From an uncultured Verrucomicrobiae bacterium (GTDB taxonomy: Bacteria > Verrucomicrobiota > Verrucomicrobiia > Limisphaerales > Palsa-1400): a DNA stretch of 64,000 nucleotides. Position 1 is the first letter of the stretch. Each line of letters opens with the position of its first letter. The DNA lies in contig CAVPOM010000006.1 in the NCBI GenBank assembly GCA_963707025.1, positions 128,001-192,000 on the forward strand, in the 5' to 3' direction. Made by a program: the position numbers and the translations under genes. Below, in pieces: positions 20,240-29,266 of the stretch. Below the pieces are notes generated by a model that worked only from the letters and a program-made list of their open reading frames with translations, searched no databases and had not been told where the DNA came from.

Positions 20240-20283
20240 GGGTGCAAGGCAAAATGAAGAATGAAAAATAACACGGTTGGGCC

Positions 20284-21507
20284 TCAAGGCTCCGGCAGGA
20301 GGCGGCGGGCGTGGAGCAGGGATCTGAGGTGGGGGCGGTCGGCCAACGGGGAGGCAGGGTCCAGGCTGCTGATATGCACCGTCCCAAAGGACTGGATGAA
20401 GAGCTTGTCTTGCAGGTAAATTGCGGTGTGCGTGATCCGCTCGGGACCGGTCCCGCCGGCGGCACGGCCAAAGAAAAGCAGGTCGCCTTTTTTCAGGGAT
20501 TTCAAATCGCCATCCAGCAGCACTTCCACGCCCTGGCGGCATTGCTCGCCGGCGTCGCGATTCAAATCCATGCCGTTAATATAATACACCAGCCTGGTGA
20601 AGCCGGAGCAATCCAGGCCGCGCCAGGAAATGCCGCCCCAGAGGTAAGGCAGGCCCAAGTAAAGCCGGGCCGTGCGTTCGATGTTTTCCGCCGTGAGATG
20701 GCGTTGGGCCAGCCAGGCCGCGTAATCCACCGCCGCGGTTTTGGGCAGCCAGCCGGGCCGTCCGTCCGGCAACTCGACCTTGAACCAATCCCCCTCTGTG
20801 GCCACGCGCTTGACCAAATCGCACTGCACGACATCCGACACCGGCGGCGTGTTGGTGGAAGGTTCCTGCACAATCTGTGCCTCCAACACGGTGACGATCA
20901 ACAGGGGCGCGGCCTTCCAGGCCTCGGCTTGCTCTTTGGTGCAGGGGGTGAAGGAACCCCCGTCGGACCAACTGAGATAGTCGTCGGCGGTCTGGACAAG
21001 GTACCAGTTGGGTCGCCCGTTGGGTGGCGCGTTGGTTTGCATTTTCCACAGACGGAGAACGGTTCCCATAAATGCTTGTGTTGCCATGTCCCGTGAGTTT
21101 TCAGCAAAAGGCCGCACACGCAGGTTGACCAGGCTCCGGGTCGCAAGACCCCAGACGCGCCCGCCCAAAACCGCCTCCGGCAGCACCGTGATGCGGTCGG
21201 TGACATCGCACCCCGCCGCTTGCACCGCGGCCAACGCCGCTTCCTTGGCGGTCGGGCTGTCCACGTCGCCTTGCAAGATGACGGTGTTCCCGTCCTGCCG
21301 GGCATTGACCTGGAAAATGGCCATTTTGGTGTCCGGGGCGAACTTCTCCTGGACGCGCCGCAAAGCGTCCAGCGCGGCTTGGAAGCCAGTGGCATTGGCA
21401 AGGTCCCGGGCGTCCTGCGTTTTCTGGGCGGCGCAACGGGGGGCGAGCAGGTTCACCGAGGCGATGGCCAGCGCCAGGCACGCGGCGTTCCAGGCAACAG
21501 TTTTCAT
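20284..21507 (-). CDS. NlpC/P60 (C40) peptidase with BON-like and SH3-like domains
   Basis: Signal peptide; PYLWGG...GLDCSGF; LKKGDLLFFG; ITHTAIY. Confidence 0.9.
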   Translation of the reverse strand: MKTVAWNAACLALAIASVNLLAPRCAAQKTQDARDLANATGFQAALDALRRVQEKFAPDTKMAIFQVNARQDGNTVILQGDVDSPTAKEAALAAVQAAGCDVTDRITVLPEAVLGGRVWGLATRSLVNLRVRPFAENSRDMATQAFMGTVLRLWKMQTNAPPNGRPNWYLVQTADDYLSWSDGGSFTPCTKEQAEAWKAAPLLIVTVLEAQIVQEPSTNTPPVSDVVQCDLVKRVATEGDWFKVELPDGRPGWLPKTAAVDYAAWLAQRHLTAENIERTARLYLGLPYLWGGISWRGLDCSGFTRLVYYINGMDLNRDAGEQCRQGVEVLLDGDLKSLKKGDLLFFGRAAGGTGPERITHTAIYLQDKLFIQSFGTVHISSLDPASPLADRPHLRSLLHARRLLPEP

Positions 21508-21550
21508 ATTCACATCAAGAGCTTATCGGTAAATCATGTTGTCGCAGGCT

Positions 21551-21663
21551 CATCATTCTTCCGCCGTGACGGTCTGGGCGTGGGTGACTTTTCGAGGTGT
21601 TGTTTCTTCTTCAGGCCGAGATACACGATGCCGCCGGCCAGACTCCCAAAAAGGGTGCCGGCG
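21551..21663 (-). pseudogene. Orphan diverged 3' end of the LPG-synthase-TM gene (copy of 22486..22599)
   Basis: About 85% identity by manual alignment, including the GAA GAA TGA end; one 1-bp deletion; mostly synonymous differences. Confidence 0.9.
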
Positions 21664-21681
21664 ATTCCTCTGTATGCCGCG

Positions 21682-22143
21682 TCAGGATCTCGCGGACAGA
21701 AGCTGTCCCGCGTGCATCACCACGCGCTCGCAAATGCCGTCGAAGACGGGCTTTTGTTCGCGGCACCAGGCGAAAATCTCGGCTGCCCGCGCGCCGGCAT
21801 AGTCATGAGCTATCATGTTGCGCACGTCCTTCATTTCCCGCAATTCCTCTCCGCGAGCCACCACCCCGCGCTTTTCGGCGCGATGGATAACATCCAGGAG
21901 CGAGCCTTGGGGATGCAATTCCATCCGGTCCAAACCGCGGAGAACCTTGTTGACGAGCAAATCCACCGACCGGGCAAAACGGCCGGTGAACGCCTCGGCG
22001 CTTTCCAATTGCTGCTCGCTCGCGCCTTGCAAAGTAGCCGGCAATCCGGCGATCTGCCGGCAGGAAAAGTCCAGATGCCGGCGGGCGCTGGCCAATTCCG
22101 CCAGGGCCTGTTCGAGCAGGCTGCGTGCCTGATCTGGTTTCAT
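21682..22143 (-). CDS. HEPN-domain toxin (MNT-HEPN pair)
   Basis: RxxxxH motif RNMIAHDY; overlaps the upstream MNT gene. Confidence 0.85.
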   Translation of the reverse strand: MKPDQARSLLEQALAELASARRHLDFSCRQIAGLPATLQGASEQQLESAEAFTGRFARSVDLLVNKVLRGLDRMELHPQGSLLDVIHRAEKRGVVARGEELREMKDVRNMIAHDYAGARAAEIFAWCREQKPVFDGICERVVMHAGQLLSARS

Positions 22144-22427
22144 AATTTGACTCCCGTTTCCCGCGCCGTGGCCGCCAGCGGCTCGTTCATTTGATCGCGG
22201 CGCCGCACCACCAAGTCCAGTTGTTGCCAGCCGATGCGATCCAGAATCCGGGTGCGCAACCGCAGCACCTCGCGGAAACCCAATGTTTCCGAGATGACCA
22301 GCAGGTCAACATCACCACCGCGCGCCGTGTCATCCACACGCGAACCGTAAAGATAGACCTCGGCCTTGGGGTCCAGCCGCCCAATCTCCTCGCGAATCGC
22401 GGTAATCTCATTCGCCGTCAGTCTCAT
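22140..22427 (-). CDS. Minimal nucleotidyltransferase (MNT) antitoxin
   Basis: VYLYGSRVDDTARGGDVDLLV (GS-x10-DxD motif), 95 aa. Confidence 0.9.
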   Translation of the reverse strand: MRLTANEITAIREEIGRLDPKAEVYLYGSRVDDTARGGDVDLLVISETLGFREVLRLRTRILDRIGWQQLDLVVRRRDQMNEPLAATARETGVKL

Positions 22428-22487
22428 GCCGGCACTGTCTCAAAAAACCTCTGATCCGTCAAACCGGATGTAAATCTCATGCTTCCA

Positions 22488-23597
22488 TCATTCTTCCGCC
22501 GCAACGGTTTCAGCATGGGTCACTTCTTCCAGATGTTGTTTCTTTTTCAGGCCGAGATAAACCAGGCCGCCGGCCAGACTCCAAAAAAGGCTGCCCGCGT
22601 AGGCGAGCAGGGAAAGGGACAGGGCGGTGTTTTTGGGGACGCCGATTTCGGGCACGGCCAGCATCAGGACGAAGAGATTTTCGCGCACGCCCAGGCCGCT
22701 GGGGGTGATGGGCAGGGCGGAGATGCAAAAGATCATGGGCACGATGACCAGCCAGGCCGGGGAGGAAACCCGCGCGCCCAGCCCGGCGGACAACACCATC
22801 ATTTGCAGCACGCAGGCGGCGTTGACCAGCAGGGAAAGAGCCAGCGTTTTCCGCAAAAATCCCCGGCTCTGGCCAAAGTGACGGCAGGAATCGAGGGAGC
22901 GTTCCAGAAAATCGCCCTTGGGGAATTTCCGCAACCAATGGCGCGCGCGGGGAAAGCGTTTGGACAGGCCGCCCCAGAACGCCACGCCCAGCACCGCGCT
23001 GGCCCCGCCCAGCATCAGCAGGATGAGCAAGGCGGGCGCGCCCAGTTGCCGGTGTCGCCGGAGCAGGGCGGCGTTGGGAATCATCATCAGGGCGGCGAAA
23101 AGGAGCATGGCCCAGAGGCCGAGCAGCCGGTCCACAAACACGGTGACGACCGCCTCGGTTTTCTTGTGGTGCGTTTCGCGCGCGGCGTAAAGGGCCTTGA
23201 TAACGTCCCCGCCGGTGGAGCCGAGGAGGAAGGCATTGAAAAACTGGGCCACGAAAGTAATGCCGGTGGCGCGGCCCCACGGCAGAGGCAGGCCCTGCAC
23301 CCCCAACACCAGGCGCCAGCGGGCCACCCCCAGCAGGATTGTCAATAATACGCAGAGCAGGGAACCGGCCAGGGCCAGGGGCTGGACCGTGCTGAGGGTG
23401 TGCCAGAGCTCGCGCGGGCCGGTGGTCCAGGCCATGTGCCATTGCTGCAGACGGGTGAGATCGTTCCAAGCGCGGCCCTGGGCTTCCACCAACGCCCTGC
23501 CCTCGCTCAGGAAAATGGATTGAAAAATCCAGGCCAGCAGAAAGGCGCACAGCGCCACCCGCCAACCGACGCGCCAGGCAGATTTGAGTCCCCTCAT
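22488..23597 (-). CDS. Lysylphosphatidylglycerol synthase TM-domain (flippase-like) membrane protein
   Basis: Multi-TM; RW..L, FFNAFLLGSTGGDVIK, VFVDRLLG, ALPITPSGLGVRE. Confidence 0.88.
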   Translation of the reverse strand: MRGLKSAWRVGWRVALCAFLLAWIFQSIFLSEGRALVEAQGRAWNDLTRLQQWHMAWTTGPRELWHTLSTVQPLALAGSLLCVLLTILLGVARWRLVLGVQGLPLPWGRATGITFVAQFFNAFLLGSTGGDVIKALYAARETHHKKTEAVVTVFVDRLLGLWAMLLFAALMMIPNAALLRRHRQLGAPALLILLMLGGASAVLGVAFWGGLSKRFPRARHWLRKFPKGDFLERSLDSCRHFGQSRGFLRKTLALSLLVNAACVLQMMVLSAGLGARVSSPAWLVIVPMIFCISALPITPSGLGVRENLFVLMLAVPEIGVPKNTALSLSLLAYAGSLFWSLAGGLVYLGLKKKQHLEEVTHAETVAAEE

Positions 23598-24508
23598 TCC
23601 GCACCCCAAAGCTGCTTGATGTGGGCCACGCCCGCCCGGGCCTCTTCCTCGGTCAGGCTCGGGCTGAACTCGAAGACTTTGATGTGCTCCGGCTTGACCG
23701 ACCGTTTGAGCGCGGCAAAATCAATCATGCCCTGGCCCGGCGCGCGATGGTCGCGGGCTGGAAATTCGACATCATGGACATGGAAGCCGAGCAGGCGCCC
23801 GGCCAGCGATTCCAGGTGCATGACATGGGAAATGAAACCCAGGTTCTCCTTGATTTGGGCGTGGCCGGTGTCGTGCCAATAGCCCACGCCCGGCCGGTTG
23901 AATTCGCGCAGGAGAAACGCCAAATCGTCTTCCAGGGGGATTTCCTCCAGGGCGGCGCGGTTTTCGATGCCCAATTTGAGGCCGCGCCTCTCGGCTTCCG
24001 CGGCCAGACGCCCCAGCATTTCCTCGGCGAGGTCCACCGACTCGATTTTTTTCGCTTCGCGCTTTTCCATCAGCTCGGCGCAGAGCTTTTCGTATTTGGG
24101 CGTTCCCTTTTGCCCGTCCTGGGCCATGACCGCGAGTTTGTCGGTGTATTGCTTCATCTCGATTTCGCCCAGGTGCAGGACGACGACCCCGGCCTGGACG
24201 CGGGCGGCGGTTTCGATGGTTTTCAGGGTGTGCCGCCAGGCGTTTTCGCGCTCGCGGGGGTTGGCGGAGGAGAACTTGTAAAGATTGGGGGCGGCATGTT
24301 GGACGCCCATGGGGAGGGGACAAAAATTATGCAGCGAGGAGATTTTCATCTCGCCGGCGTCCACCGCCTCGAGGATGCCGGGGAGCAAACCGACGCGGAT
24401 GCCGTGGCTGAGTTCCGCGCGGTCAAAGCCCAGGGCATGAATTTCGCGCAGCAGGGCGCGTCCGTCGGTATGGCGGTGGGAATTCCAGCAAGTCGAAAAT
24501 GAATACAT
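23594..24508 (-). CDS. Sugar phosphate isomerase/epimerase (xylose isomerase-like TIM barrel)
   Basis: SSLHN, LGIENR, WHDTGHA, FHVHD, GQGMIDF metal-binding motifs. Confidence 0.85.
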   Translation of the reverse strand: MYSFSTCWNSHRHTDGRALLREIHALGFDRAELSHGIRVGLLPGILEAVDAGEMKISSLHNFCPLPMGVQHAAPNLYKFSSANPRERENAWRHTLKTIETAARVQAGVVVLHLGEIEMKQYTDKLAVMAQDGQKGTPKYEKLCAELMEKREAKKIESVDLAEEMLGRLAAEAERRGLKLGIENRAALEEIPLEDDLAFLLREFNRPGVGYWHDTGHAQIKENLGFISHVMHLESLAGRLLGFHVHDVEFPARDHRAPGQGMIDFAALKRSVKPEHIKVFEFSPSLTEEEARAGVAHIKQLWGAE

Positions 24509-24511
24509 GAC

Positions 24512-24549
24512 AGAAAGCCGGGCGCCGTCCGTGGGAGGTGGCGCCCGGC
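24512..24549 (-). terminator. Putative intrinsic terminator after rpsU
   Basis: 10-bp GC stem GCCGGGCGCC/GGCGCCCGGC followed by TTTCT on the minus strand. Confidence 0.45.
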
Positions 24550-24568
24550 GGTGAGAATGCCAAACAGG

Positions 24569-24766
24569 TCACATATCGGCGTAGCGGGCGGTCAGCATGG
24601 CGGAAAAACGGGCGGCCTTGGTTTTGCGCCGTTTGCGTTCGCTGGGCTTTTCAAAGTGCCGGTGGTTGCGCACTTCCTTGAGTGTGCCTTCCCGGTCTAT
24701 CTTTTTCTTCAGCCGGCGCAGCGCCTTGTCCACGGGTTCGCCCTTTTTAAGTCTTATTTCGGTCAA
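24569..24766 (-). CDS. rpsU: 30S ribosomal protein bS21
   Basis: EPVDKALRRLKK...RHFEKPSERKRRK. Confidence 0.95.
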   Translation of the reverse strand: MTEIRLKKGEPVDKALRRLKKKIDREGTLKEVRNHRHFEKPSERKRRKTKAARFSAMLTARYADM

Positions 24767-24992
24767 AAATTCTCACTTCCTCTCCGCCTTAGCGCCGGGC
24801 CTGCATGACCCGCGCTCTTAAATCATTGCCTACGATGCGCCCGGCGGCGGGCGGTGTCAACCGGCAAAACACGGGGCGCATCTTGCCGCCGCCACCGTGC
24901 TTGCTTCAACCGCTCCAGAGGACCCTCCTGGGGCCTGCTGCAGGACGGCGCGTTGGGTGAAAGGGTGCGGGCCAATTGTCTCAACCCGGACT

Positions 24993-25329
24993 GAGATCTC
25001 TGCAAAACGCGCCTCCACGGTTGTAGCGACGGTCCATGACCTTGTCATTACCCACATCTTTTTTATACTTGGATCAGTTTGCCTTCTGCGCGCCCGCATT
25101 CCCCAGCAGAATGGAAGAAAGCTGGTCTTCGGTCACTCCGTCCGGGGTGCCAGTTTTCTTTCTGCGGAAGGGCGTGGACTGCCAAGCGCATTGAAAGTGG
25201 TAGTGATTTGTTCGTAACATACTCATAGATAACACGTTGCATAATCAGCGTAACTTAACCAACCCCACCAGAGATGTGGGTAATGACAAGGTCATAGACC
25301 GCCGCTACAGGCGTTTTGCAGAGGTTCTC
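24993..25329. mobile_element. 337-bp MITE-like element with ~55-65 bp imperfect TIRs and 5-bp target duplication GGACT
   Basis: Left arm GAGATCTCTGCAAAACGC...GACCTTGTCATTACCCACATCT (24993-25059) is the inverse of 25272-25329; GGACT at 24988-24992 and 25330-25334. Confidence 0.8.
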
Positions 25330-25368
25330 GGACTGGTTTTTGGCTCGGAAGCCCTGGCCAGGCTCCAC

Positions 25369-26334
25369 CTAATCAAAGGCGTGGCCGGCGCAACAAAGAA
25401 CGTCCCGGACTTTGTGGCGGACCAATTCTTTGACGCGCGCCCGGGCGGGGCCGAGGTATTTGCGCGGGTCAAATTCTTTCGGGCTTTCAAAGAGGCATTT
25501 GCGGATGGCGGCGGTCATGGCCAGGCGCAAGTCGGTGTCAATGTTGACTTTAGTGCAGCCGACGCGCCGGGCGATTTCGATGTCGGCCTCGGGCACGCCG
25601 GCCGTGTCTTCGCCCAGTTTGCCGCCATATTTGTTGATTTCCTGCACCAAGTCCTTGGGCACGCTGGAAGCGCCGTGCAGGACCAGGGGATAATCGCCCA
25701 GGCCGGCGTCGAGCAGGGCTTTCTTGATGGCTTGGAGGCGATCCAAATCGAGGTGTTGGGCGCCTTTGAATTTATAAGCGCCGTGGGAGTTGCCGATGGC
25801 GACGGCCAGGGAATCCACCCCGGTCTGGCGCACGAAATCCACCGCTTCGTCCGGGTGGGTATAAGCGCCGCCTTTGGAATAGCCGCCCCCTTCCTCGCCC
25901 GCGTCGTGCTGCGCGCCCACCAGCATGCCCAACTCCCCTTCCACCACGCAATTGTGCGGGTGGGCGTATTCGACGACGCGCCGGCATAGTTCGACGTTTC
26001 TGGCCAGGGTTTCGTGGCTGCCGTCAATCATCACGCTGGTAAAGCCCTCATCAATGCATTCCTTGCAAAGCTCGAAGGTGTCGCCGTGATCCAGATGCAC
26101 GGCCAGGGGAATGTTGCTGGTGGAAATGGCCGCTTCGATCAACTTTTTCAGATAGACCGGGTTGGCATATTGCCGGGCGCCCTTGGAGATTTGCAGGATG
26201 AAGGGGGCCTTTTCCTCCTCGCAGGCTTCGACGATGGCCTGGAGCAGTTCCATATCATTGACATTGAAGGCCCCCAGCGCGTATTTTCCCTTGAGGGCTT
26301 TGGCGAACAGGTCTTTGGTGTGTGTCAGTGGCAT
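25369..26334 (-). CDS. fba: Class II fructose-bisphosphate aldolase
   Basis: AVHLDHG, SVMIDGSH, VEGELG, AIGNSHGAYK, LVLHGAS, KVNIDTD, FDPRKYL. Confidence 0.96.
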   Translation of the reverse strand: MPLTHTKDLFAKALKGKYALGAFNVNDMELLQAIVEACEEEKAPFILQISKGARQYANPVYLKKLIEAAISTSNIPLAVHLDHGDTFELCKECIDEGFTSVMIDGSHETLARNVELCRRVVEYAHPHNCVVEGELGMLVGAQHDAGEEGGGYSKGGAYTHPDEAVDFVRQTGVDSLAVAIGNSHGAYKFKGAQHLDLDRLQAIKKALLDAGLGDYPLVLHGASSVPKDLVQEINKYGGKLGEDTAGVPEADIEIARRVGCTKVNIDTDLRLAMTAAIRKCLFESPKEFDPRKYLGPARARVKELVRHKVRDVLCCAGHAFD

Positions 26335-26471
26335 AAATCAGTTGGCCAGCGCGCGGTTGTGCGCTCGTTGACAGGGAGTATAGAAAACGGCGGCGGCAAT
26401 GTAAAGCAAGGATGGAGGAGGAAGGATGGATCGGATTTGATTTTCCCGCCGATTACTGGTGGTATCTCTCC

Positions 26472-27662
26472 ATGCAAAAGGATTACGCCGTTTCAGGGCT
26501 TTGGCAGCGGGAATTCGATGACGCCGCGATGCGGGATTGGGCCATCGAGTTGCGCCAACAGTTGCGCGCGCCAAAAGTGTCGCTGGGGCTGGTGTTTATG
26601 ACGCCGCAGTTCTTCCCGGTGGCGGCCCAGATTCTGGAATTGATCCGCGTGCATGGCCAGGTGCCGCTGCTGGCGGGTTGTTCCAGCACCGGACTCATTG
26701 TTGGCGGACGGGAATGGGAGGAGAAACCCGGGGTGGCGTTGTCCCTTTTTTCCCTGCCGGGAGGGGAATGGCGCGCTTGGCGTTTCAACCAGCAGCAGGT
26801 GGGGGAGGCCGGCAGCCCCGCTTACTGGCGCTTAAAAACCGGTTTGGCCCCGGACCAAATCAACGGCTGGCTGGTATTCGCCGACCCATTTCACCTGGAT
26901 GCCGAGGCGTTTTTGCGCGGGTGGAATGGCGCGTTTCCGGGCCGGCCGGTGGTAGGCGGGCTGGCGGGCGGGGATTTCACGGAGCAGACCACGCAAGTTT
27001 ATTTCAATGGCGGCGTTTTTGAGGAAGGCGGCGTGGCGCTGGGGGTGGGCGGCGCGGTGGAGTTGTTGAGCCTGGTTTCACAGGGTTGCACGCCCATCGG
27101 CCAGTCGTGGATCATTACCAAGGCGGAGGGCAATTTCATTCACCAAATCGCCAACCGTCCGGCTTATGAAGTTCTGGTCGAGACCTTCGGCAATCTTTCC
27201 AGCCGCGAACAATTGCAGGCGCGCGGCAATTTGTTCATCGGCCTGGTGGTCAATGAATACCTGGAGGATTTCCACCGCGGCGATTTCCTGGTGCGCAACA
27301 TTTTGGGCGCCGACCCCAAATCCGGCAGCCTGGCGGTGGGCGCCTGGCCGCGCCAAGGCCAAACCCTGCAATTCCAGCGCCGCGACGCCGCCGCGGCGGA
27401 CGAGGACATGAAGTCGTTGCTCGGCCGCCTGGCCGGGCAGTTGGGCGGGCGGCGCCTTTTTGGCGGTTGCCTGTGCTGTTGCAACGGGCGCGGACACCGG
27501 CTTTTCGGCCAGATGGATCACGACGCCGGTTTGGTGCAGCAGAAGATCGGGCCGTTGGAATTGACCGGCTTTTTCTGCAACGGCGAATTGGGGCCGATCG
27601 GCGACAAAACTTTTCTGCACAGCTACACCGCCTCGCTCGGCCTGTTCGCGCAGAAGGGCTAG
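26472..27662 (+). CDS. FIST N/C-domain signal transduction protein
   Basis: GCSSTGLI, GGLAGG, VSQGCTPIG, CNGRG, GFFCNGELGP, LHSYTA. Confidence 0.9.
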   Translation: MQKDYAVSGLWQREFDDAAMRDWAIELRQQLRAPKVSLGLVFMTPQFFPVAAQILELIRVHGQVPLLAGCSSTGLIVGGREWEEKPGVALSLFSLPGGEWRAWRFNQQQVGEAGSPAYWRLKTGLAPDQINGWLVFADPFHLDAEAFLRGWNGAFPGRPVVGGLAGGDFTEQTTQVYFNGGVFEEGGVALGVGGAVELLSLVSQGCTPIGQSWIITKAEGNFIHQIANRPAYEVLVETFGNLSSREQLQARGNLFIGLVVNEYLEDFHRGDFLVRNILGADPKSGSLAVGAWPRQGQTLQFQRRDAAAADEDMKSLLGRLAGQLGGRRLFGGCLCCCNGRGHRLFGQMDHDAGLVQQKIGPLELTGFFCNGELGPIGDKTFLHSYTASLGLFAQKG

Positions 27663-27695
27663 GAGCGCCCGCGCGGCCGGCTCAAGCAGCGGGCC

Positions 27696-29153
27696 TCAGG
27701 CGGCCACTTCTTCATCGGCCAGCTTGCGGTAGAGGGTGGCCACGCTGACATTGAGGAGTTGGGCGGCTTTTTCCTTGTCGCCCCCCGCCAGGGCCAGGGC
27801 CCGGTTGACGTAGCTCAGTTCCTGCTCGCGCAGATAATCCTTCAGCGGACCCAGCGGCTGGGCCAGGGCATGACCGGCGCCAGCCTGGGCATTGACGGGT
27901 GAGGCCGGCAGGCCGGAGGATCCCTCTGCGGCTGTTTCGGCAATTTCGACCAGCTCCTCGCTGCCGCCGCTCGGAGTCTGGCGGCGCACGGCCGGGGGCA
28001 GATCGGTCACCCGGACGGTGTCCGCTTCGCACAAGACGCAGGCGCGTTCGATGGCGTTTTCCAATTCGCGCACGTTGCCCGGCCAGTCATGCGCCGAGAG
28101 CACATCCAGGGCCTGGCGCGTAATTTGAAAGAGCTTGCCGGTGCGCGGATTGACCTTGTTGCGCAGGAAGTGGACGGCCAGGACCGCCACGTCCTCGCGG
28201 CGCTCGCGCAGATTGGGCAAGGTGATGGGAATGACGTTGAGCCGATAGTAAAGGTCCTCGCGAAAAGTGCCGGCCTTGACCCTCTGCTCCAACGGTTCGT
28301 TGGTCGCGGAGAGCACCCGCACGTTGACGCTGGTGGCAATGTTGTCGCCCACGCGCCGGACTTCCCGTTCCTGCAAGACGCGCAGCAGGCGGCTCTGCAA
28401 AACCGGCGGCATGGAGCTGATTTCGTCCAGGAAGATGGTGCCGCCGTCGGCCTCCTGGAAAAGCCCCTTCTTATCGTTGATCGCCCCGGTGAAAGCGCCC
28501 TTGCAATGGCCGAAAAGCTCCGATTCCAGCAGGTTCTCCGGCAGGGCGCTGCAGTTGATCGGGATGAACGGGGCGAACTGGCGGCGGCTGTTGAAATGCA
28601 GGGCGCGGGCCACCAGTTCCTTGCCCGTCCCGCTTTCGCCCAGGATGAGGATGGTGCTGTCGGTGTCGGCCACCCGTTCGATCATCTTGAAGACCTCCTG
28701 CATCTTGGGTGAATTGCCAATGAGCTGGTTGAACTGGTATTTCTTCTTGAGCTGTTTCTTGAGGTAAATGTTCTCCGTGATGGCGTCGTTGTAGCTCAGG
28801 GCGCGGCGCACGCACAGGCGGAAATCATCCACCTTGAACGGCTTCTCCAAATAATCGAAAGCCCCTTTTTTCATGGCATCCACCGCCGTCTCGATGGTGG
28901 CGTAGGCGGTGATGAGGATGACGGTGGCGGGCGGATTGAGGGCGCGCGCCTTTTGCAGGATTTCCAGGCCGTGGGTGCGGGTTTTGTCCAGATACAGGTC
29001 AGTGATGACCAATTCGGGACACTGCGACTCCAAGGTTTCCACGGCCGCGTTGTAATTGCTGAAGGGAAAGACCTCGTGGCCTTCCCGGCGGAGAATTTCG
29101 GTGACCATCTGGACCATGGTCACTTCATCGTCAATCAGCAGCACTTTTGCCAT
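27696..29153 (-). CDS. Sigma54-dependent response regulator (PilR/ZraR/AtoC-like)
   Basis: REC domain, GESGTGKE, GAFTGA, WPGNVRELEN, Fis HTH; directly downstream of pilC. Confidence 0.93.
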   Translation of the reverse strand: MAKVLLIDDEVTMVQMVTEILRREGHEVFPFSNYNAAVETLESQCPELVITDLYLDKTRTHGLEILQKARALNPPATVILITAYATIETAVDAMKKGAFDYLEKPFKVDDFRLCVRRALSYNDAITENIYLKKQLKKKYQFNQLIGNSPKMQEVFKMIERVADTDSTILILGESGTGKELVARALHFNSRRQFAPFIPINCSALPENLLESELFGHCKGAFTGAINDKKGLFQEADGGTIFLDEISSMPPVLQSRLLRVLQEREVRRVGDNIATSVNVRVLSATNEPLEQRVKAGTFREDLYYRLNVIPITLPNLRERREDVAVLAVHFLRNKVNPRTGKLFQITRQALDVLSAHDWPGNVRELENAIERACVLCEADTVRVTDLPPAVRRQTPSGGSEELVEIAETAAEGSSGLPASPVNAQAGAGHALAQPLGPLKDYLREQELSYVNRALALAGGDKEKAAQLLNVSVATLYRKLADEEVAA

Positions 29154-29266
29154 GGCCCAACTGTAGGCAAGACCGGCCCCAGCCGCAAGCCGCATTGCAA
29201 GCTGGCAACTTCAGGCTGCCGCGGCCATGGCCACAACTCCCGGCCAGGCCTGCTGAGTTGGTTTTC

